Origin: Rhizaria sp. SCN 62-66
Lineage: Eukaryota
DNA length: 64,000 nt
Reading direction: 5' to 3'
Assembly (NCBI GenBank): GCA_001724265.1
Contig: MEDY01000191.1
Coordinates: 1-64,000, forward strand
Below, one piece after another: positions 62,325-64,000 of the stretch. The notes under the pieces are model-generated. The model was not told the DNA's origin and did not search any database. It was given only the letters and a program-made list of their open reading frames with translations. The first letter of the stretch is position 1. Each line of letters opens with the position of its first letter. Both the position numbers and the translations under genes were made by a program.

Positions 62325-64000
62325 TCAGGCGCGCTTGCGTCCGCGCCCGCGGCCATTACCGACGCGCGCCATGATGGCGAGCACAAGGGTCGCGGCGGCG
62401 TTGGCTGCGGCGACCAGGACGGTGCCGGCGACGGACACCACGGTCGCCGCCACGCCCCACAGATGAGCCAGCGTCGCGTCGGATGCGGCATCGCTCTCGG
62501 AGACGGCACCGGTCGCACTGCCATCTCTGGCGGCGGCGACGGCGGTGTCCGCGGACGCTCTCGGGCTGGTGGTGCTGCTGCTGCTGTCATTCATGTTGGC
62601 GCCCGCGACGGGGGTGCCGGGGAAGGCAAAGGAGCTGGCGCGGGTCAGCAGGCTCAGCGCGAGGCTGGGGGCGCTACTCTCGCTGCTCGCAGGCTGCTGC
62701 TGAGCCGCCTGCTGCTGCTGCTGCTGCTGGCGCAGCAGGGCCTTGCGCGCCTTGCCGCTGCTGGCGCCCTTACCCGCGCGCTTCTTGCCGGGGGACTGCA
62801 ACGCGAGCTGGCCGCCCGCGGCGACGGCCTTGCGCGCGGCCGCGGCCGCGTCGCGGTGCTCGTCGGCCCCGTCGTCGTCGCTATCCTCCTCGTTGTCCGT
62901 CGCCCAGCCGGAGTCGTCGCCACGCGCCTCTTCCGCGTCCGCGCCGCCCTTGCTGCGCACCATAGTGACCGCCGCGCCGCTGGCGGGCGCTACTGGGGTC
63001 GCAGACGAGAAGGACGACGACGGCGACAGGGAGCCGTCACGATCCTTGCTGTCGCCGCCAGCGTTGCTGCTGAGGTTGCTGCGGTGGCCCTTGCCGGGCG
63101 TCCGCGACGCCTTGGTGCTCGCACTTGCGTTGTCGTTCATCTAATCACTCTAGCGGCGCAGACGGCGGAGCGCGGCGGCCTCGGCCTCAGCCTCAGCGGC
63201 AGCCTCAACGGCGTTGGCGGCAGCCGTGGCGGCAGCGGCGCGGGTGGCCTCGGGCCCCTGGTAGGAGAGGTAGACCTCGAGCACGGTGACCATGATGCCC
63301 GAGAGGAGCGGGCCGAGGATAACGCCGATGGTGCCGAAGACGTAGAGACCCATGGCGAGCGAGGTGCCGACGAGGAAGGTGTTGCCAGGGATGATGCCGT
63401 AGATGAGCGAGTCGCCGGCCGAGAGCAGGAGCTGGACGGTGACGACGAGCACGGCTTTGACGGGCGCGCCGGTGATGGCGAGCCCCGCGGCGACGGGGAC
63501 CCAGACGACCCAGGACGAGAGCACGGGCAGCATGGCGGTGAAGCCGGCGATGAAGGACAGGATCAGCGAGATGTCGATGCCGACGAAGAGGAACACGAGG
63601 TACGTGCCGAGCATGTGCGAGAGGCCGACAGCGGTGGAGGACACGAAGACGGACACGACGGACTTGTTGAGCGAGCGCATGAGTTTGCCCGAGTCCTCCT
63701 GCGAGAAGGGCGAGAGGTCGGTGAGCAGCCCGCCCCACGACAGCTGCGTCTGCAGGAAGTAGAAGAGGCACGACGCAAAGGTCACGAACGAAACAAGCAG
63801 CGAGACCGAGTCAGCGAGCACGCCCAGGACGCCGCCCAGCGCGCCCGTGAGGTGGTTGCTAAACTGCATCGCAGTGTCGACGATCGTGGTCTTCACCACC
63901 GCGGCGTCCCAGGGCGGCAGCTCCCAACCCCACGTCTTGGCGTAGCGCTCGAACCAGAGGTAGTAGGGCGAGGAGCCGAAGTCGTCAAGCAGCGTCTGGA
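62325..64000 (-). CDS. TMEM245/AI-2E-family polytopic membrane protein, 3' part, continued through two in-frame TAG codons (63150-63152 and 63141-63143)
   Basis: Multiple hydrophobic helices with LPVLSSWVVWVP and GTSLAMGLYVFGTIGVILGPLL (AI-2E/TMEM245-like). The frame is open from the window edge and continues RR*SD*MNDN into the 271-aa ORF ending TGA at 62325. Confidence 0.75.

Overview
Gene-dense window from a eukaryotic (protist-like) nuclear genome. It has very GC-rich, Ala/Pro-rich exons, AT-richer spliceosomal introns (mostly GTACG..AG) and short intergenic spacers, with many head-to-head gene pairs. About 22 protein genes can be modelled: RPL13, panB, SCAR/WAVE, two ankyrin proteins, a GET2/CAML-like protein, a stand-alone ketoacyl synthase, deoxynucleoside kinase, a mitochondrial carrier, a bacterial-type ArsC, DUS4, a ZBBX-like protein, ATP12, BRE1, RRP7, RPS21, RUVBL2, an MDC1/PTIP-like tandem-BRCT protein, a TMEM245-like protein and several orphans. 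The main signal is a probable non-standard nuclear genetic code. Five in-frame TAG codons interrupt three otherwise continuous genes, one at the variable position of a perfect 33-aa ankyrin repeat (G-x-TPL) and one inside a Gln-rich tract. All 21 gene ends I can model use TAA (10) or TGA (11), never TAG. This points to UAG being read as sense (most likely Gln) while UAA remains a stop. No rRNA, tRNA, CRISPR or intact transposon was recognised. All calls are from reading the sequence by eye; no searches were run.
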